From an uncultured virus (IMG/VR IMGVR_UViG_3300011339_000610) (lineage: Duplodnaviria; Heunggongvirae; Uroviricota; Caudoviricetes): a DNA stretch of 20,000 nt. The stretch lies in the IMG/VR virus record IMGVR_UViG_3300011339_000610, one strand, 5' to 3'. This document shows, piece after piece, positions 16,908 through 20,000 of the stretch (the first letter of the stretch is position 1; the number at the start of each line of letters is the position of its first letter). Made by a program: the position numbers and the translations under genes. Below the pieces are notes generated by a model that worked only from the letters and a program-made list of their open reading frames with translations, did no database searches and was not told the DNA's origin.

Positions 16908-17224
16908 ATTGCTTTCGTGCCGCTTTTATCGCTACGTTTGGATGCTGTATCTACTTGCTTCTGTTCCTCAGGATTCATCTTGCCCCTTAGATATTCTAGC
17001 TTATCGTACAAGGTGTCTATGCTTGTGATGAATTTATGTGCCTTATCAAATGCCTTCATGTCTGCATCACCGCTATCTGGGTCATACTTCAGGCTCGTAG
17101 GCTCGTTAGTTAAATCTTGATTCCAAGTATTAATCTGTTTTAGTATTGCAAGATACCCGTCTTTCAAAGGGCTGTCTTGGTATACGCTTAACTTCTTTTT
17201 TAACTCTTCTATATCTTCTTTCAT
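16904..17224 (-). CDS. Helical 106-aa protein, candidate terminase small subunit
   Basis: ATGA-coupled to terL. Two amphipathic helices and a basic flexible tail. Function inferred from position only. Confidence 0.45.
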   Translation of the reverse strand: MKEDIEELKKKLSVYQDSPLKDGYLAILKQINTWNQDLTNEPTSLKYDPDSGDADMKAFDKAHKFITSIDTLYDKLEYLRGKMNPEEQKQVDTASKRSDKSGTKAI

Positions 17225-17229
17225 ATTAC

Positions 17230-17520
17230 CTATTTCTTTGTTGACTTCCCGTTTGCCCCTTGCCGTGCCCTGTTTGCTGACTGAGACTCTTTGGTTAGCT
17301 TGCCACTTTTTAAATGGCTTGCATCTTTACCGTCTTTATTCCCGTATGTTCCTGCATCTCGGTTTGCTTTGTTTAGCTCAGTACGATATTGCTTACGTTC
17401 ATCTGTAGCATGGTACTTCTTATCGTAGTCTGCCTTCTTCTTGGCAGCGTCTCTGTTTTCGTGATAGAACTTAGCACTTCGTGAAGTACCTTTCTTTGTA
17501 CCCGCTAATGTGTTTTTCAT
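17230..17520 (-). CDS. Small basic HNH-like protein, 96 aa
   Basis: K/R-rich. The GNKDGKDASH..SGKL..ES.SANRAR segment resembles a compact beta-beta-alpha (D-x-x-H...N-R) HNH-like motif seen in small phage proteins. Confidence 0.5.
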   Translation of the reverse strand: MKNTLAGTKKGTSRSAKFYHENRDAAKKKADYDKKYHATDERKQYRTELNKANRDAGTYGNKDGKDASHLKSGKLTKESQSANRARQGANGKSTKK

Positions 17521-18233
17521 TACCCTACTATTTGGTATTGTATTGAAATAGATGCATCTGTATTAGTTCCTCCTGTTGTAAGTATATCAGGATTAACTAC
17601 TAATATATCTACTCTTCCTAAAGCAAGTTTTTGACTTGCAATAATTGGATAACCATTACCATCATAGACTAAAGTAACAATAATTTTAGATGTAGCTGTT
17701 ATTTGGTCAGAATTTATTCTAAAATATTGACTTGATTTTTTATTAACTACTTGTGTAAAAATGGCTGTTCCACCTTGAACCCCATTCATGGTTACAGCAG
17801 TAACACCTGATACAGAGAGGGTATAAACAAATAAGTTTTGTTTAGTAGATAAAGCATTTAGTGTATATTCATTTGCATTAGTTTCAGCTGTGGCTGCGGC
17901 TGTTGCGGCTGCTGACGCTGATGTTGTATCTACATAAAGCTTTGTAGCTGCATCTTGATTAGCAGTTGGTGTGCCAAGTCCTGTTATCTTGTTTGTGGCC
18001 ATTGCGATAGGGCCAGACATAGTTCCACCAGTTGTAGATAGCTTTGTAGCCAATCCCGTATTCACAGCTGTTACAGTTGGATACTTTGTGTTCGTTCCGT
18101 CTGTAGCTAAACTGTTTTGCTTGTTAGATACGTTTTCTTTACCGCCAATTAATAAGTTAACCTTTTGTGTTAATAGGTTAACTAACTGTGTTAATTGATT
18201 TTCGTTGAATATACTTTTTAATTGTGGTATCAT
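17520..18233 (-). CDS. Short trimeric fibre protein (head or tail fibre), 237 aa
   Basis: KENVSNK..SL.TDG...KYPTV.AV and GGTMSG.I.M..NKITGLGTPT..QDAATK.YVD fibre motifs, an Ala-rich coil, and a beta-rich C-terminal tip. TAATG coupling at both ends. Confidence 0.7.
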   Translation of the reverse strand: MIPQLKSIFNENQLTQLVNLLTQKVNLLIGGKENVSNKQNSLATDGTNTKYPTVTAVNTGLATKLSTTGGTMSGPIAMATNKITGLGTPTANQDAATKLYVDTTSASAAATAAATAETNANEYTLNALSTKQNLFVYTLSVSGVTAVTMNGVQGGTAIFTQVVNKKSSQYFRINSDQITATSKIIVTLVYDGNGYPIIASQKLALGRVDILVVNPDILTTGGTNTDASISIQYQIVG

Positions 18234-18475
18234 TATTTTACGCTAATTATTGTGGTGTCTAATACTTGGTCTTGCAATGCGGTGTTACTATCTTGGGTCT
18301 GTATCGCAAAATCCAAGTAGTCTATCAGCAAGGTGGTTAGATTTACATCTAGTGGCTTAATGGTAGTATAGCTTGCGTTGGATGCATAGTTAAACATTCC
18401 CTTGACAAATGTCGTACATACCTTGTCAAATGTCGCTCTTCTATATGGCTCTGTTCTTAATGAATACATTAGCAA
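18233..18475 (-). CDS. Hypothetical 80-aa protein
   Basis: Tightly packed between neighbours. An alternative ATG at 18469 would give TAATG coupling with the upstream gene. Confidence 0.6.
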   Translation of the reverse strand: MLMYSLRTEPYRRATFDKVCTTFVKGMFNYASNASYTTIKPLDVNLTTLLIDYLDFAIQTQDSNTALQDQVLDTTIISVK

Positions 18476-19380
18476 GGAAGGTTTTTAATTTGTGAAACTT
18501 GTACCATACCAAACTCTAGCAATGCTGTAGCCTGCTCGAAACTTACGGCATTCGTGTATTGTTGGTAGCTTAAAAAATCTAACAAGTTGTAAAGCTTTGC
18601 GATTTGTATGTCACTATCACTTTGGCACGCACACGGATTGGCTAAACGCTCAGACTGCAAATTGTAAATAGCTAGCCTTAAGTTGTAGTCAGTTACAAAT
18701 GTCTTTTCAGTTGTGCTACTTAACGGTGCTACCCTAGCTGCACCTGTGAACGTAACCGAGGTTGCGTTACCTACAAATACTTCTCCTACACGATATGTAC
18801 TTCCGCTTTGTATCGCAGTACCACCGCTTACTACAATGTATTGTTGTCCTTGGATACTAGTGAATGTAGTGCCTGTTGACACGCCATATACCTCATACTG
18901 TAAGTCCCATACTAAGTCGGTTACCGTTTCATTACTTGCTGATAAGCCTACTTCTGGTATACTTAATATGTAAGGAGTACTATTTGTTGTTGGCAAGAAA
19001 GATGCTACAGGCACATAAGGCACATAGTATCCTAAATCTTGGAATACATCTCCGCTGATAACTGTTGTAGTTGTTAAGAATGGTATGTAAACGTCACCTG
19101 ACTCAATCACCTTGCCATCGTAAGTTTGCGAAAAACCAGTTGTTTTCAGATACTTGTGATACTGAAGAAGTGTTTCTCCCGCTTTTCTTGTAGCTTGAGC
19201 AGTGATAGCAGGATAGTTTCCAAATTGGATTCTTACCATTGACACTTGTGCCCTTGTAATATTAGGTGAGCCATAACCCCCTGTTTCATTTGCAGAATAG
19301 GGAGGGGTGGTATCTACGAATACCATTTTATTCCCTTCAGAGTTATAGATACTATACGTATAGTTTACATCAAGTGCCAT
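18469..19380 (-). CDS. Putative tail hub / fibre-docking structural protein, 303 aa, paralogue of 4994..5851
   Basis: F.DTT..Y.....GGYGSPN start, beta-rich body and PCAC-containing helical C-terminus. Collinear similarity to 4994..5851. Confidence 0.5.
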   Translation of the reverse strand: MALDVNYTYSIYNSEGNKMVFVDTTPPYSANETGGYGSPNITRAQVSMVRIQFGNYPAITAQATRKAGETLLQYHKYLKTTGFSQTYDGKVIESGDVYIPFLTTTTVISGDVFQDLGYYVPYVPVASFLPTTNSTPYILSIPEVGLSASNETVTDLVWDLQYEVYGVSTGTTFTSIQGQQYIVVSGGTAIQSGSTYRVGEVFVGNATSVTFTGAARVAPLSSTTEKTFVTDYNLRLAIYNLQSERLANPCACQSDSDIQIAKLYNLLDFLSYQQYTNAVSFEQATALLEFGMVQVSQIKNLPC

Positions 19381-19384
19381 ATTG

Positions 19385-19392
19385 CAAATATA
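19385..19392 (-). promoter_or_regulatory. -7 element TATATTTG, 4 nt before ATG (probable leaderless start)
   Basis: CAAATATA at 19385-19392, ATG at 19380, just downstream of a terminator. Confidence 0.72.
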
Positions 19393-19409
19393 ACAAAATA
19401 GTCATTAAT

Positions 19410-19433
19410 AAAAAAGCCCCTAAATAAAGGGGC
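19410..19433 (-). terminator. Intrinsic terminator at the upstream boundary of the structural module
   Basis: GCCCCT-AAATAA-AGGGGC stem-loop. The minus strand continues with T6. Confidence 0.8.
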
Positions 19434-19466
19434 AATTTTATATGTATATTATAAAAAAAACGTTAG

Positions 19467-19994
19467 CTAATTAAAATTGTATATGTATTCTCCAACAACT
19501 TTGTTATGCCCGTCTTGTTGCTCTGTGATAAAACCTTCTTTGTGCGTCACTTCTTTATTGCTTAGTTTTATTGGTATAATATCTATTTTTGCCTCAAAAA
19601 AACTTGGGATTGGATAGTTATTATAAATATTATCTGTACGTGATTTATTCAGTTCTAATGCTGCCATAAAGCCATCTTTAAATTTATCTCTATTGTATAT
19701 ATCCATATAATATGATATATCTTTTGTTATAGCATTGAATGTCATGTAATTATACAAGCAATCAATGTAAATATTAATATCTAAATTTGGCATTATATGA
19801 AGTCCACTAAAAGGTTCATTACCATCTAAAGGCCAGTGCATAACAACTTTTTCATCCCACTTTGTAACATTACTTACTAATATATAAACAATGTCTATTT
19901 TAGAGTTATAAACAAAATCGCCCATCTTCATTTCTTCATCCGCAATTGCAAGTAAATACCCTTTTATTTTTTTTAACTTGTACCTTGTTTTCAT
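19467..19994 (-). CDS. AT-rich hypothetical phage protein, 175 aa (probably non-structural)
   Basis: Open frame, I/Y/K/N-rich, with noticeably lower GC (hand counts of 18-28% in three sampled 60-mers). Separated from the structural genes by a terminator. Confidence 0.65.
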   Translation of the reverse strand: MKTRYKLKKIKGYLLAIADEEMKMGDFVYNSKIDIVYILVSNVTKWDEKVVMHWPLDGNEPFSGLHIMPNLDINIYIDCLYNYMTFNAITKDISYYMDIYNRDKFKDGFMAALELNKSRTDNIYNNYPIPSFFEAKIDIIPIKLSNKEVTHKEGFITEQQDGHNKVVGEYIYNFN

Positions 19995-20000
19995 CGTATT

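Noticed and set aside
1987..19058. The many plus-strand ORFs in the track overlapping long minus-strand genes (e.g. 1987..2322, 5390..5680, 12791..13105, 16072..16332, 18713..18973)
   Set aside because: Antisense shadows of real genes, with no promoters or leaders and unnatural composition. Only 4085..4384 and 12625..12846 occupy their own gaps.
1..20000. Stop-codon reassignment (TAG to Gln or TGA to Trp), known in some crAss-like phages
   Set aside because: Genes tile the window densely under the standard code. TAG (4381, 4994, 17230, 19467) and TGA (1665, 16904) occur at sensible gene ends, several with stop-start overlaps.
1..20000. CRISPR array, tRNA or structured ncRNA
   Set aside because: Intergenic gaps are all under about 120 nt and are explained by promoters and terminators. 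No repeat-spacer periodicity or cloverleaf was seen.

Overview
This window is the virion morphogenesis region of a tailed dsDNA bacteriophage, most likely a crAss-like (Crassvirales-type) podovirus of a Bacteroidota host. Almost all genes are on the minus strand. Reading right to left: an AT-rich orphan, a tail-hub-like protein, an 80-aa protein, a short fibre, a small HNH-like protein, a candidate small terminase, large terminase, portal, acidic scaffold-like protein, major capsid protein, auxiliary-capsid-like protein, a 397-aa protein, a 102-aa protein, a tail fibre, a 63-aa coiled coil, a second hub-like paralogue, a ring protein, an Ig-like plus ConA/LamG-like adhesin, an 81-aa protein, two more ring proteins, and a muzzle/tail-stabilisation gene truncated at the left edge (absent from the supplied ORF track). 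Most of the larger intergenic gaps carry the Bacteroidota sigma-A -7 element TAnnTTTG (8 copies, 6 of them TATATTTG), three of them directly behind an intrinsic terminator. Two copies lie 4 nt before an ATG, suggesting leaderless mRNAs. Two small plus-strand genes interrupt the module, each with a divergent promoter pair. One encodes a ribbon-helix-helix-like protein with a candidate operator, back-to-back with the capsid operon promoter. The standard genetic code fits. All product calls come from motif recognition and gene order, not database searches.
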